DNA of 64,000 nucleotides from an uncultured Candidatus Peribacteria bacterium (GCA_964529435.1 CAZGUT010000002.1:33621-97620), one strand, 5' to 3'. Counted from the first letter of the stretch, positions 42,082 through 52,015 are shown. Made by a program: numbers and translations. The notes: generated from the letters alone by a model not told the origin.

Positions 42082-43373
42082 AACTTTTTAATCGGCAGTA
42101 CGTGGCGGGGGTTTTTTGCGAACACAGAGATGATTGCGAAAATGATAATTAGGAGGTAGCGGCCACAATCCAGGGTGAGGAGATAGTGGTCGAGCATTGA
42201 TATTATGAAGAGTGCGAGGACTATTACCATGAGAATGCGTTTTTTGAAAAGTCGTTCTTTTGTGAGAAGGCGTTTACGTTTTTTATGGAGTTTTGTAATT
42301 GCGAGGAGGATGCCGGCTATCGCGAGAATTAGGCCCAATATTCCTGCTTCTGTTAGAGCTAAGAGGAGGATGTTGTGTACGGGCTGATAATCCCAAGGCA
42401 TTAGGGCTGAGCTGGATGCCTCGTCTAAGAAAAGTGTGAAATGTTGGAATCCTACTCCGAATGGGTGTGCTAGAAACATATTGAAAGCTGATTTATAGCC
42501 TTCAAGGCGTTCAAGGAAGGCTGGGTCTTGGAAGATATTTATTCCTCGTGAGATTGCTAGGAAGAGGAGTTCGATACTAAAGAGACTGATTAGGCCAATG
42601 GGGATGAGTTTGCTTTTGATTTTATGTAGATACCAGATTGTAATTATGATGACTGCGACCATGAATGCAAAAAGTGCGGATCGTGAAAAAGTTGCGAATA
42701 AGCCTAAGAATTGGATGAGGATGAAGATTTTTCGTTCGTGTTTGAGGTGTGGGGAGAAAAGTAAAGAACAGAGAAGGCTGACCACTAAGAATCCACCAAG
42801 AATATTTGGGTGTGAAAATGTTCCGTAGCCGCGGATTATTGTCAGGTCACCGAGTGTGAGTCTTGCAATGTGTGCTGTTTCTGTAGAGAGGTTTGGTTCG
42901 CCGAGGAAAGACAAACCGAGTGAATGTTGGAAGGATACTTGGAAGATTGCGAGGAGGGCTTGGAAAACCATTGATGCAATTAAAATCTCCAAGATGTCTT
43001 TGGGGCGGAGAACTTTGTTGACAATCAGCAAGTAAAAAAGCATCAGTTCCAAGAGTTTGATAAAAAGCAGTATGTGGAAAGTTGGGTCTGAGTAGGGGCT
43101 GAGGAGGAGTGATCCTGATGCGATTAAGATTAGCCCGAGTAGAAGAAGAAAGAATGTTTTGTGGCCGGTTTTGAGGGGGCGTTTTGCATGGATGAAAAAC
43201 AAGATTCCTGCGATTAACAGGAGTAATTCCGTGATTGAGAAATAAATTGACGTGTATGGATTGATGAAACCCCTACCCCATTCAGCTTGAAAGACTAGTA
43301 GGTTGATTTGTAGTGGCAAGGTGAAAATCGCCAGTCCAAAGAAGAATTTTGTAAGTTTATTCAGTCGTGACAT
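42078..43373 (-). CDS. O-antigen ligase/polymerase-like (Wzy_C) membrane protein
   Basis: About 11 TM helices and a loop containing GYGTFSHPNILGGFL. Confidence 0.75.
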   Translation of the reverse strand: MSRLNKLTKFFFGLAIFTLPLQINLLVFQAEWGRGFINPYTSIYFSITELLLLIAGILFFIHAKRPLKTGHKTFFLLLLGLILIASGSLLLSPYSDPTFHILLFIKLLELMLFYLLIVNKVLRPKDILEILIASMVFQALLAIFQVSFQHSLGLSFLGEPNLSTETAHIARLTLGDLTIIRGYGTFSHPNILGGFLVVSLLCSLLFSPHLKHERKIFILIQFLGLFATFSRSALFAFMVAVIIITIWYLHKIKSKLIPIGLISLFSIELLFLAISRGINIFQDPAFLERLEGYKSAFNMFLAHPFGVGFQHFTLFLDEASSSALMPWDYQPVHNILLLALTEAGILGLILAIAGILLAITKLHKKRKRLLTKERLFKKRILMVIVLALFIISMLDHYLLTLDCGRYLLIIIFAIISVFAKNPRHVLPIKKF

Positions 43374-44754
43374 AAGTTGGTTTCACTCCGCCTGTTGGGA
43401 TTAAGGCCTGAATTTCATCGGCGACATTGCTTAGAACTACACTGGTTTGCGCAGTGTCTAGGATTTGCTCGATTGCGCTGAGGAAAATCTCTTCATATCT
43501 TTCTGGGTCGGCCATTGGAAGGCTTTCCGCGTAGCCGACTTGTGCGGCAAAAGTTCCGTAAATTGGGTCTTCCATTTGTGCGTCAATGAGGCTGCGGAGG
43601 GCACTTGGTCTATGCGTTGTTTCGTTATAGTAACTTTGGTTTTCTGAGTCGACGAGATATGCTAGAAAATCCCAGGCTTGCTCTGAATATTCTGTGGTTC
43701 TGCTAACAACTGGCACAAAGTAACTTGCGTAGGCTTCACGTGTTTCCGCGGAGCTGTCTGGATCATAAACCTGTGGCACTTCCTGGACTTTCACATCGTT
43801 AATGTCGATTGCGTCATCGCCACTTCCTTCAAGGTCTGCGATTTCATTTATTATCTCCTCGTACAGATATGAATAGCCTAGAATCATTGAGACTTCCCCG
43901 CTGGCGAAGGTGGTAATTTCTTTTTTAGCACTGTCTTCATCTGATAGGTATTTGTTCCAGCTATAGTTTTGCTGACTTGGAAGGCCGAAACTAGTGAATA
44001 AATCCAGAGCGGAAACAGCATTTTCGTCTGAACCGAAAGCAGTTTGTGTGAGGTCTTCGTTATAAAAATCGACTTTATATTGGAGCATCATCATCATTAG
44101 GATGTCGAAGGCACGAAGGATATTGTCATGGCGGCCGAGGGCAATTCCTGCTCTTTCAAAACGGCTGAAACTTTGATCTTCACGGTTGAGCTGAACAACA
44201 TCATTTGCAATGCCACTCCAGGTTGAAGATGGTGTTCCTTGTGAAGGCAGAGCGTCTTCAATGTGTTCGTCGTTGTAATAAAGCGCGAGTGTATCTACGT
44301 AAAGTGGCATACCCCAAACTTGTTCAATGCCGTTGTCGTCTGGGATGATGAGTTCTTCACTTGTGATGTCGACGAAAAGTGAGCTGAAAACTTCTGGATT
44401 TACTATTGTGTCTGGAGCTGGGGTGAGTTTCCTATAATGTTTTGGAAACCATGTGTTATGCATCATAAAGACGTCTGGCCCTTCTCCTTCGGCGAGTTCG
44501 TTAATAATTAAGTCTAAGTAGTCTTCCGGATCAGTAAATTTTTTGTAAGTAACATCTGTATATCGGTTTTCGGATTCGTAGGCTTGAATTATTGGTTCGT
44601 AAATAGATTCGCTATCAAAAAGGCCGTAAAAAGTGAGTGTGACTTCTTCGGTAGTACCTGAAGAGTTGTTATCAAATTTTGTACGGATAAGACTACAGCC
44701 TGGTAGGACGAAAAGCCCAATCAGAATGAGGGAGATGAAATGTTTAAACTTCAT
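43357..44754 (-). CDS. Extracellular solute-binding lipoprotein (ABC SBP family 1-like)
   Basis: Lipobox LFVLPGCS; 465 aa, with PDVFMMHNTW typical of sugar-binding SBPs. No permease or ATPase gene is adjacent. Confidence 0.7.
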   Translation of the reverse strand: MKFKHFISLILIGLFVLPGCSLIRTKFDNNSSGTTEEVTLTFYGLFDSESIYEPIIQAYESENRYTDVTYKKFTDPEDYLDLIINELAEGEGPDVFMMHNTWFPKHYRKLTPAPDTIVNPEVFSSLFVDITSEELIIPDDNGIEQVWGMPLYVDTLALYYNDEHIEDALPSQGTPSSTWSGIANDVVQLNREDQSFSRFERAGIALGRHDNILRAFDILMMMMLQYKVDFYNEDLTQTAFGSDENAVSALDLFTSFGLPSQQNYSWNKYLSDEDSAKKEITTFASGEVSMILGYSYLYEEIINEIADLEGSGDDAIDINDVKVQEVPQVYDPDSSAETREAYASYFVPVVSRTTEYSEQAWDFLAYLVDSENQSYYNETTHRPSALRSLIDAQMEDPIYGTFAAQVGYAESLPMADPERYEEIFLSAIEQILDTAQTSVVLSNVADEIQALIPTGGVKPTYVTTE

Positions 44755-44777
44755 AGGCGTGGTTTAAGACGAGCGAA

Positions 44778-45671
44778 TTATACACTGCTCAGGCCTTGAA
44801 GAAAATAGCGCTTTGAAAGTGCGTACCAGTAGAGTTTTCGTCCAAGTGGTGGAAAAAGGATTCTGAATGTGCCAAGGACGATTAAGCACGGGAGGCTGGA
44901 AAGTAGGGCTAAAGCAAGATATTTGAATTTTCTAGGGATTACATTTAATTCTGGATGTTTTCTTTGAAAAATGTGTGCATTTGATCCAACTTTTTGCATA
45001 CGATTTTCTAGGGATTCTTCTGTCATGAAGTGGTCGTGATAAGCGAGGGCTTCATGATTATATGTGATTTTGAGCCCTTCTTCTTTTGTGAGGCGGTATG
45101 CTAGTTCAATATCTTCCCAGCCGTAGCCGTGGAAGTCTGGATCAAATGGCTGCTTGTGCAGAAGTTCAGCTTTTAAGGATATGTTTGAGGTGTAGAAAAA
45201 CCAGAAACTGGCTTCCTCACCCGGCTTTAACTTGCCGTAAGCAAATTGTGGGCCACCGTGAGTCAGCCAGTGCATGTAATGGTTTACTTCTAGGCTTGGA
45301 TCCCAGAGTGTAAATCCAAGACAGGCATCTTCTGGATTTGGATTTTTCTTGTGGAATTCAGCGTGAGTCTCCAGAAAGGAAGGTGGTGCGTAAATGTCAT
45401 CACCTATAAACAAGATTATCTGGCCTTCTGCATGAGGAAGGGCTCGGTTTCTTGCATTCCCCTGCCCCGCGTTTTCCTGGTGAAGGGTTTTGAGATTATC
45501 CCATTGTATTTCATCAAGGAATTCCGCTGTGCCGTCTGTACTGCCATCATCTACAACGATGACTTCATAGGCTGTACGGGCTAAGGACTGGTTTCTCAAT
45601 CGTTCAAGGCAATTTATAAGTTGCTTCTTGCGATTGTAGGTCGGAATTATGACTGTAATGTATGGTCTCAT
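44778..45671 (-). CDS. Glycosyltransferase family 2
   Basis: ITVIIPTYNRKKQL, VIVVDDGSTDGT, and the FIGDDI DXD region. Confidence 0.88.
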   Translation of the reverse strand: MRPYITVIIPTYNRKKQLINCLERLRNQSLARTAYEVIVVDDGSTDGTAEFLDEIQWDNLKTLHQENAGQGNARNRALPHAEGQIILFIGDDIYAPPSFLETHAEFHKKNPNPEDACLGFTLWDPSLEVNHYMHWLTHGGPQFAYGKLKPGEEASFWFFYTSNISLKAELLHKQPFDPDFHGYGWEDIELAYRLTKEEGLKITYNHEALAYHDHFMTEESLENRMQKVGSNAHIFQRKHPELNVIPRKFKYLALALLSSLPCLIVLGTFRILFPPLGRKLYWYALSKRYFLQGLSSV

Positions 45672-45692
45672 CGATCACACTTTAACGACTTT

Positions 45693-46067
45693 TTACGCAG
45701 CTGCAAGCTCCTTTGTCTGAACGGTCTTTTTTTGCTCTTGCCATTTAAGGATATGGAGGCTTCCTGCAATGACTTCCGTGACAAACCTTTTGATCTTATC
45801 TTTGCCTTCATAGGCACGGTTTGAAAGTCGTCCTTCCAGGTATACTGGACTACCTTTAAACAGGTATTTGGTGCAAAGTTCTGCCAAATGATCCCAGGCA
45901 ACAATGCGGTGGAAGTCCACACTTTTCTGCAATGTACCTTCGGAATCGAACCACTCATTATTCGTTGCGATTGCAAAACTTGTAACGGGCTTGCCGTTTT
46001 TAGTGCTTTTGAGCTCTGGGTCTGCAACGACGTGACCCAGAAACGTCACTCTGTTAACGCTTTTCAT
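45693..46067 (-). CDS. ssb: Single-stranded DNA-binding protein lacking the acidic C-terminal tip
   Basis: OB-fold N-terminus MKSVNRVTFLGHVVADPELKSTKNGKPVTSFAIA. It ends ...QTKELAAA instead of D-D-D-I-P-F. Confidence 0.85.
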   Translation of the reverse strand: MKSVNRVTFLGHVVADPELKSTKNGKPVTSFAIATNNEWFDSEGTLQKSVDFHRIVAWDHLAELCTKYLFKGSPVYLEGRLSNRAYEGKDKIKRFVTEVIAGSLHILKWQEQKKTVQTKELAAA

Positions 46068-46163
46068 GGCGTAGGGGTTAGGAGTAAGTTATTAGATTCT
46101 TGCAGATTGACCTTTATAAAAACCTGAAATTAGTCTTAAATATTCCTGAATTGTAATTTTGCT

Positions 46164-46700
46164 ATGTTTACAGGAATAATTAAAGATTTGGGCAGGATAA
46201 AATCCCGCGAAAAAAGTGAAAAAGGGCTAGTTTTGCACATTGAGAGTGCTTTGGAGTTTGGAATTGGAGACAGTGTTGCGGTGGATGGGGTTTGTTTGAC
46301 AGTTGAGAGTTGTAAAAATGGGGTTTTGCAGGTTACGGCTGTGCAGGAGACATTGGATAGAGTTGTTTTTGGCGATGAGGTTAATTTGGAGTCACCGCTG
46401 ACCTTGCAGGATGCGGTTGGAGGGCATTTGGTTTTGGGGCATGTGGATTTTGTTGGAGAGGTTTTACGAAAAGCGCCGGATTTGGAGATTTCTGTGCCGG
46501 ATGAGTATTTGAGGTTTATGCCTGAGAAGGGTTCGGTTAGCTTGAATGGTGTGAGTTTGACGATTGCTGAGGTTTTGGATGACAGGATTAGGATTGCTAT
46601 TATTCCTGAGACTATGAAGGTGACGAATTTGGGGGTAGTTGAAAAAGTGAATGTCGAAATAGATATGATTGCTAGGTATCTTGAAAAATTGCAAAAATGA
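46164..46700 (+). CDS. ribE: Riboflavin synthase
   Basis: MFTGIIKDLGRI and the GDSVAVDGVCLTV repeat motif; 178 aa (short). Confidence 0.88.
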   Translation: MFTGIIKDLGRIKSREKSEKGLVLHIESALEFGIGDSVAVDGVCLTVESCKNGVLQVTAVQETLDRVVFGDEVNLESPLTLQDAVGGHLVLGHVDFVGEVLRKAPDLEISVPDEYLRFMPEKGSVSLNGVSLTIAEVLDDRIRIAIIPETMKVTNLGVVEKVNVEIDMIARYLEKLQK

Positions 46701-47074
46701 AATATGTAGTTGTAGTTGCGGAGTTTAATAATTCGATTACGGATCGGATGCTTGAGGAGTGTTTGAGGGGGTTTGGCGAGAAAGATATTGAGCCTGTGGT
46801 GGTGAAGGTGCCGGGGGCTGTGGAGGTACCACTAGCGTGCTTAAAGGCGATTGAGGACGGGGCCAGTGCCGTTGTGGCGCTTGGGTGTGTTATAAAAGGC
46901 GAAACAGATCATTATCGGGCTGTTTGTGATATGTGTAGCCGTGGGATTATGGATGTGATGATTAAGACAGGTGTGCCGATTGTTTTTGAGGTGTTGATGA
47001 CGGATTCATATCAAAAGGCTGAGGCCCGGATACAGAAGGGATATGAGGCGGCGGGGGTGGCTTTAAGCTTCTAG
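46697..47074 (+). CDS. ribH: 6,7-dimethyl-8-ribityllumazine synthase (short form)
   Basis: VVVAEFNNSITDRMLE, VPGAVEVPLA, and LGCVIKGETDHY. Confidence 0.88.
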   Translation: MKYVVVVAEFNNSITDRMLEECLRGFGEKDIEPVVVKVPGAVEVPLACLKAIEDGASAVVALGCVIKGETDHYRAVCDMCSRGIMDVMIKTGVPIVFEVLMTDSYQKAEARIQKGYEAAGVALSF

Positions 47075-47440
47075 GTCGTTGGCAGCTTGAGCTGTCATTT
47101 GATAGGGGATTTGGAATGGCATTTCAATTCTGACCTTACCATCATTCAATACTCTATCAGTTTCTACATCTATGTATGAGTTCATGTCATATCTTTTTTC
47201 CGCTGGATTATCTTCACAATCAAATACTGTAAAGTTCACATTATAGCTTGTTAAAGTTATTTCAAATTTCAAGAGTATTTGAATGATTACCTGGATTATG
47301 GCGTTTCTCCCTTCTTCTATTAATTGAACTCGCATGGGAACTGCCTTTGTTTGCATTACGTTTATTTGAAGATTGTCTATTAGTTCCCTGACAAGCTCTT
47401 GGGTTTTTTCTCTTTGGTCTGAGGCTTCGGCTGAACTCAT
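47063..47440 (-). CDS. ORFan, 125 aa; homologous to the N-terminal domain of 60134..60790
   Basis: Shares QELVRELxxNLxI...T, AII and RIEMPFQ (versus EIECSFQ) with the wHTH protein. Its 3' end overlaps ribH by 12 nt. Confidence 0.55.
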   Translation of the reverse strand: MSSAEASDQREKTQELVRELIDNLQINVMQTKAVPMRVQLIEEGRNAIIQVIIQILLKFEITLTSYNVNFTVFDCEDNPAEKRYDMNSYIDVETDRVLNDGKVRIEMPFQIPYQMTAQAANDLEA

Positions 47441-47465
47441 GTGTTAACTGTATGGTTAAGGGCTA

Positions 47466-47493
47466 ACTTTATCACTTATTCCCTTTTTGTAAA
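47466..47493 (-). promoter_or_regulatory. Promoter TTTACA-16-TAAAGT for the 47440 ORFan
   Basis: -35 at 47493-47488 and -10 at 47471-47466. Confidence 0.5.
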
Positions 47494-47503
47494 GATGTCT
47501 TCG

Positions 47504-47532
47504 TTACCATTTGGCAGGGGTTTGATTAGAAT
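47504..47532 (+). promoter_or_regulatory. pgk promoter TTACCA-17-TAGAAT
   Basis: -35 at 47504-47509 and -10 at 47527-47532. Confidence 0.5.
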
Positions 47533-47554
47533 GCATATGACTTAACCCCACCCC

Positions 47555-48742
47555 ATGCCCAAAAAACTTCGGATTCTGGCTGATGCTGATCTCAAAGGTA
47601 AACGTGTTCTTCTTCGTGCAGATCTGAATGTGCCGATGCAGGACGGTGAGATTCAGGATGATACGCGGCTTCAGGCTGTGTTGCCGACCTTACGTTATCT
47701 GTTGGAGCAGGATTGTAGTGTTGTGATTATGGTGCATTTTGGTAGGCCAAAAGGGAAAGTTGTGGATGAGCTTAGGGTTGATCCGATTACGAAGGCTTTG
47801 GGGGCCTTGCTGGGTAAAGATGTGGCGAAGCTGGATGATTGTGTTGGTGACGAGGTTGAGAGTTTTGTTAAAAATATGAAAAATGGAGAGGTAGTGATGT
47901 TGGAGAACACGCGATTTCATGCGGAGGAGAAAGCGAATGATGAGGGGTTTGCGAAGAAATTAGCAGGTTTGGGCGAGGTTTTTGTGAATGATGCTTTTGG
48001 AGCGGTGCATCGAGCGCATGCTAGTACGGCTGGTGTTGCTGCGCACCTTCCCTCTTATGCTGGTTTGCTGGTTGAGAAAGAGGTTGAGGTGCTGAGTGGT
48101 ATTTTGGAGTCGCCTAAGAAGCCGGTGTGTTTGGTGATGGGAGGAGCGAAGATTGATACCAAGATTGGAATTCTGAGGGAATTTGTGGATAAAGCGGACT
48201 ACTTTTTGATTGGTGGAGCTCTTGCGAATACGTTCCTGGCTGCTGAGGGTTATGAGGTTGGGAAGTCCTTGTATCAGGAGGACAAATTGGATGTTGCGAG
48301 GGAGTTTTTGATGTCTGCTGAGGCGAAGGAGAAGTTGGTTTATTTGCCTACTGACGTGGTGGTTGCGGATGAGATTAGTGCAGATGCGGAGGCTTTGGAT
48401 GTTAAGCTTGAAGGTGTGACATCTGAGATGAGGATTTTAGACTTGGGTGTGCTGACGAGAGAGACTTTTGTAAAAAGCATTGCGGAGGCGGGGACGATTA
48501 TTTGGAATGGGCCGATGGGGCTTTATGAGTATTCGCAGTTTGAGGGAGGTAGTAAAGTTGTGGCTGAGGCGATTGCTGAGTCTGATGCGGTTTCAGTGCT
48601 TGGAGGTGGAGACAGTATTGATGCGATAAATAATTTTGAGATTGATCATGGGGAATTTACGCACATTTCTACTGGTGGAGGTGCCATGTTGGAGTTTTTG
48701 GAGGGGAAAGAATTGCCGGGGCTTCAGCTATTGACAAGTTAA
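47555..48742 (+). CDS. pgk: Phosphoglycerate kinase
   Basis: KRVLLRADLNVP, NDAFGAVHRAHAST and GGGDS; 395 aa. Confidence 0.93.
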   Translation: MPKKLRILADADLKGKRVLLRADLNVPMQDGEIQDDTRLQAVLPTLRYLLEQDCSVVIMVHFGRPKGKVVDELRVDPITKALGALLGKDVAKLDDCVGDEVESFVKNMKNGEVVMLENTRFHAEEKANDEGFAKKLAGLGEVFVNDAFGAVHRAHASTAGVAAHLPSYAGLLVEKEVEVLSGILESPKKPVCLVMGGAKIDTKIGILREFVDKADYFLIGGALANTFLAAEGYEVGKSLYQEDKLDVAREFLMSAEAKEKLVYLPTDVVVADEISADAEALDVKLEGVTSEMRILDLGVLTRETFVKSIAEAGTIIWNGPMGLYEYSQFEGGSKVVAEAIAESDAVSVLGGGDSIDAINNFEIDHGEFTHISTGGGAMLEFLEGKELPGLQLLTS

Positions 48743-48758
48743 GAATTATTGGTATAAT
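48731..48758 (+). promoter_or_regulatory. Promoter TTGACA-16-(TGg)TATAAT for the 48788 ORF
   Basis: The -35 lies inside the last pgk codons (48731-48736); the -10 is at 48753-48758. Confidence 0.6.
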
Positions 48759-48787
48759 GCGGGTAATTTACTTAATCACTTTTTCTT

Positions 48788-49528
48788 ATGTCAATTTCAA
48801 GAATTGCTCCCCTCTTACTGTTAGGCGGTACGTGTAGTGGAGATGCAGAAGGGTTTGAACCATTCCCACAAGTGCCTGTTGCTGAAGTTTCTGGAGTACG
48901 AGTTAATCCAGTTTTAAAGGGTGGACTTAAGACCTCAATGGAGCGTGGGCAGCCATATTTTGGTTGTCATGAATGTACAGCTGTAGATCTTTTGGATGAT
49001 GCATTGCGACAAGAGATTGCTTGCTTGAAGGCGCATGCTGGAAGTGAGCTATCTCTACACCCTACTTTTAACATGGTTTATCTCACGTGTAAGGATGGTG
49101 ATTCTGATTGGAATATGTCTGTCATAGGAGGTGATCACCTTAGTGTGGGCGGCGTTCTTGTGCAAGCTGATTCTGAAGTCAATGTAAGTGTTAATTCCCA
49201 TTTTGATACCACGTTGGCTCCAGCTTCTCATTTAGCAATGTTTGGTGAAGAATCTGGTGACTACACTCAGCTTTCTACCATAGGAGATGATGACGACATG
49301 GTTATTCACTTTCCAGGAGTTGCAGAAGGCGCTGAAGCACTTGATGTTGACTCTGAAACTCATCTTGATGTTTCTAATTGTAAGAGAGGTGATGATTTGC
49401 TTGCTGCACAGCAAGAATTGAAGGGCTTGGCAAAAGCTGCTTATGATCGTGCAGTGGTATGGGAAATTCCTGAGTGGGATGAGGCGTTATACGGTCCAAT
49501 TCCTGGGCCAGATGTAGAGCTTCCTTAA
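48788..49528 (+). CDS. ORFan, probable secreted protein or lipoprotein, acidic, 6 Cys
   Basis: N-terminus MSISRIAPLLLLGGTCSG is lipobox-like. It ends ...DVELP, similar to the 40804 ORF, which ends ...LELP. Confidence 0.55.
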   Translation: MSISRIAPLLLLGGTCSGDAEGFEPFPQVPVAEVSGVRVNPVLKGGLKTSMERGQPYFGCHECTAVDLLDDALRQEIACLKAHAGSELSLHPTFNMVYLTCKDGDSDWNMSVIGGDHLSVGGVLVQADSEVNVSVNSHFDTTLAPASHLAMFGEESGDYTQLSTIGDDDDMVIHFPGVAEGAEALDVDSETHLDVSNCKRGDDLLAAQQELKGLAKAAYDRAVVWEIPEWDEALYGPIPGPDVELP

Positions 49529-49920
49529 TTCATCCACATCTCCAACATTAATTGAGCGGCGCGGCTGTCTACAGGCGCGCCTTTTGGTGAGGATTGGCGG
49601 GCAACCTGGCTGCTGAGGCGTTCATCAATGAGTTCTACTGGAAGGTCGATGACTTCTTTTATTTCGTCGATCATTTGCATTGTGATCTTTGTTTGGCGAG
49701 TTACCTCCCCTTGCATATCAATTGGGAGACCAATGAGAAGGCCGGTTATTGCTTCTTTTGTTACGAGTGTGGTGAGAGAACGGATCAGTTCTTCTGTGGA
49801 GGAGTGATGGATCTCATCTCGTGGGAAGGCGATTTCTTGCTTCACATCAGAAATAGCCACACCGGTTCGCTGTGTTCCGAGATCTAATGCGAGGATTTTT
49901 CCGCTATTCGGCAGTGACAT
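49525..49920 (-). CDS. ruvX: Holliday-junction resolvase-like RuvX/YqgF
   Basis: ILALDLGTQRTGVAISD; 131 aa. Confidence 0.88.
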   Translation of the reverse strand: MSLPNSGKILALDLGTQRTGVAISDVKQEIAFPRDEIHHSSTEELIRSLTTLVTKEAITGLLIGLPIDMQGEVTRQTKITMQMIDEIKEVIDLPVELIDERLSSQVARQSSPKGAPVDSRAAQLMLEMWMN

Positions 49921-50347
49921 TTAGAGTGATTTTGGCAGTAACGTCTTTATGGAGTTTAACTTCTGCTTCATATTCTCCAGCTTCTTTAATCGTATCCATT
50001 TTCACTTGTTTTGCAGGGACATCAACTTTAAGTTCAGATTTGAGATGTTCTGCTACCTCTTTATTACTTACTGCTGCAAAAAGCTTACCTTTGTCTGAGG
50101 CTTTTTCTACAAGATTAATTGTTTTTCCGTCGATTTTCTTTTTAATAGATTCTGCGCTTTCCTTCATATTTTCAAGCTTTTCAGTTGCTTTTGCTTGTTG
50201 AGTTTGGACGTGGGCAACCTGTTTCCCAGTCGCTACTACAGCTAAGTTCTTTGGTGCTAGGAAATTTCTAAAGTAGCCAGGTGAGACTTCTTTAACCTCT
50301 CCTTTTTGACCTACTCCTTTTAAATTTTGGGTTAGTACGATTTGCAT
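49904..50347 (-). CDS. rplI: 50S ribosomal protein L9
   Basis: MQIVLTQNLKGVGQKGEVKEVSPGYFRNFLAPKNLAV. Confidence 0.92.
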   Translation of the reverse strand: MQIVLTQNLKGVGQKGEVKEVSPGYFRNFLAPKNLAVVATGKQVAHVQTQQAKATEKLENMKESAESIKKKIDGKTINLVEKASDKGKLFAAVSNKEVAEHLKSELKVDVPAKQVKMDTIKEAGEYEAEVKLHKDVTAKITLNVTAE

Positions 50348-50362
50348 TTGTTTGTGGTTAGT

Positions 50363-52015
50363 TTAATTGAAAATCCATGCAGCAATATTGGCGAATCGGT
50401 CGCGAGGACGCAAGAGCTTTTCAAAAGAGAAGCCGGTGACGCCAATGTCCTGAAGGTAATAATAGCTGGGCGTGTAGAGGAAAACTGCGGGCATGTCATT
50501 TGCGATGACTTCAGCTAGAGCTTCTAGATTTTCTTGTTTTTCAGTTTCATCAAAAGTGCCGCGGATGTTTTCAATGTAGAAATCTGCTTTTGCGTTTTGG
50601 TAATTTGAAAGATTGAGTCCGCTTTCTGTTGCCTGGCTTGAGTGCCAGTATGAGAAGGTATCCAGATTATATCCGAGGCTTTGGCCGTAAAGCAGCATGT
50701 CAAAATTGCGGCTTTGGATAACTTCCTGAAGTTCTTCCAGTGGATAAGCCTCAATTGCAACCTCAACGCCGACTTCCGCGAGTTGTTGCTGGATTACGTG
50801 AGCAGTCATGCTAATTGTCTCTTCTTGAAGCTCATTTGAGCTTGAAAAGTCACGGCGGACAAGACGAAGTGTTAGAGTTTCACCGTCATCATTTGTACGG
50901 TAAGTGGCGTCTTCAGCGAGTGACCAGCCTGCGTCGTAAAGTGCACCCATTGCCTCTTCCTGGTCTGAGAGATGGATCCAGTCGTCCTGGTTAAGTTCCA
51001 ATAGCGGTGTGTCGATTTGGACTTTATAGCCGATTGCATCCAGGATTTCAGTTTTGTCGATTGCTTTTGACAGTCCAAGACGGGCTTTGGATTTACTCAA
51101 ATATGCGGAATCTGTATTGAAGAAAAGTGCTGTGTATTGTGGGAGTTCATACTGGTAGCTGATTAGTTCATCAAGATCCTCAATTTCATCTAACTGGGAT
51201 TGGCGGATCCGAGCTGCTCCATGCCAACTTGAACGGTTTTCTGCAAGTTCTGTGATGCTTGGATAAGCGACAAAACGCATATTCTCTATTGTGGATGCTT
51301 CCTCGTAATAAAGTGGATTGATAGTCAAATTCACGCTTGTGCTGCCATCTGGGAGCATTTCATAAGCGTCTGAGACCATGTATGGCCCAGTTCCAATTGG
51401 GAGTCTGTTAAATTCGTGAGTGTCTAGTTCTGAGACTTCTACTTCTCCAAGGATATGTTTTGGGAGAATGCCAACTGTCATTCCTGTAAAAAAGAATGAG
51501 TTTTTGGAATTTAATGTGAAAGAAACTGTTCGGCTATCTACCAGTTCAATTTCTACTCCTTCAAAGTTGGATTTCAAGATTGGATTAGCGAAATCCGGAG
51601 ACTGAATTACCTCTGCAAAAGTGAAGTAAAGATCCTCACCTGTTACTTCGGTTCCGTCGTGCCAATAAAGATCATTTTTCAGAGTAAAAGTGTAGGTCAG
51701 TTGATCTTCAGTGAGGGTGTGGGTAGCCAAATCTTCCTCGAATTGATCAGTTGATGAATTGTACTTTGCTAGGCCGGAAAAGATCAGAGAACAGGCGTCC
51801 GTGTCCGCTTCGCTGAATTCAGTAAAAACTGGGTTCAAATGCTTGATTTCTCCAACAACTCCTTCACTGTATGCGTTTGTACCTCCCAGGTTGATAGTTC
51901 CGGAGTTGGACAAGAGGGCTGTGTATCCACTGCCCAAAAACACAATCGTTAAAACTGTGGCAATTATTTTTTCCTTTCGAGTAAAAGACTTAATAGTCCG
52001 CCAAATGAGATTCAT
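50363..52015 (-). CDS. ABC-type substrate-binding protein family 5 (peptide/nickel-like)
   Basis: 550 aa with an N-terminal anchor; YTFTLKNDLYWHDGTEVT is typical of SBP_bac_5. No transporter genes are adjacent. Confidence 0.75.
   Translation of the reverse strand: MNLIWRTIKSFTRKEKIIATVLTIVFLGSGYTALLSNSGTINLGGTNAYSEGVVGEIKHLNPVFTEFSEADTDACSLIFSGLAKYNSSTDQFEEDLATHTLTEDQLTYTFTLKNDLYWHDGTEVTGEDLYFTFAEVIQSPDFANPILKSNFEGVEIELVDSRTVSFTLNSKNSFFFTGMTVGILPKHILGEVEVSELDTHEFNRLPIGTGPYMVSDAYEMLPDGSTSVNLTINPLYYEEASTIENMRFVAYPSITELAENRSSWHGAARIRQSQLDEIEDLDELISYQYELPQYTALFFNTDSAYLSKSKARLGLSKAIDKTEILDAIGYKVQIDTPLLELNQDDWIHLSDQEEAMGALYDAGWSLAEDATYRTNDDGETLTLRLVRRDFSSSNELQEETISMTAHVIQQQLAEVGVEVAIEAYPLEELQEVIQSRNFDMLLYGQSLGYNLDTFSYWHSSQATESGLNLSNYQNAKADFYIENIRGTFDETEKQENLEALAEVIANDMPAVFLYTPSYYYLQDIGVTGFSFEKLLRPRDRFANIAAWIFN

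Noticed and set aside
46068-46163. An FMN riboswitch upstream of ribE-ribH (and upstream of ribBA at 5451-5459).
   Set aside because: The spacers are only 96 nt and 9 nt, too short for the ~140-nt FMN aptamer plus expression platform, and I saw no conserved FMN-box sequence.
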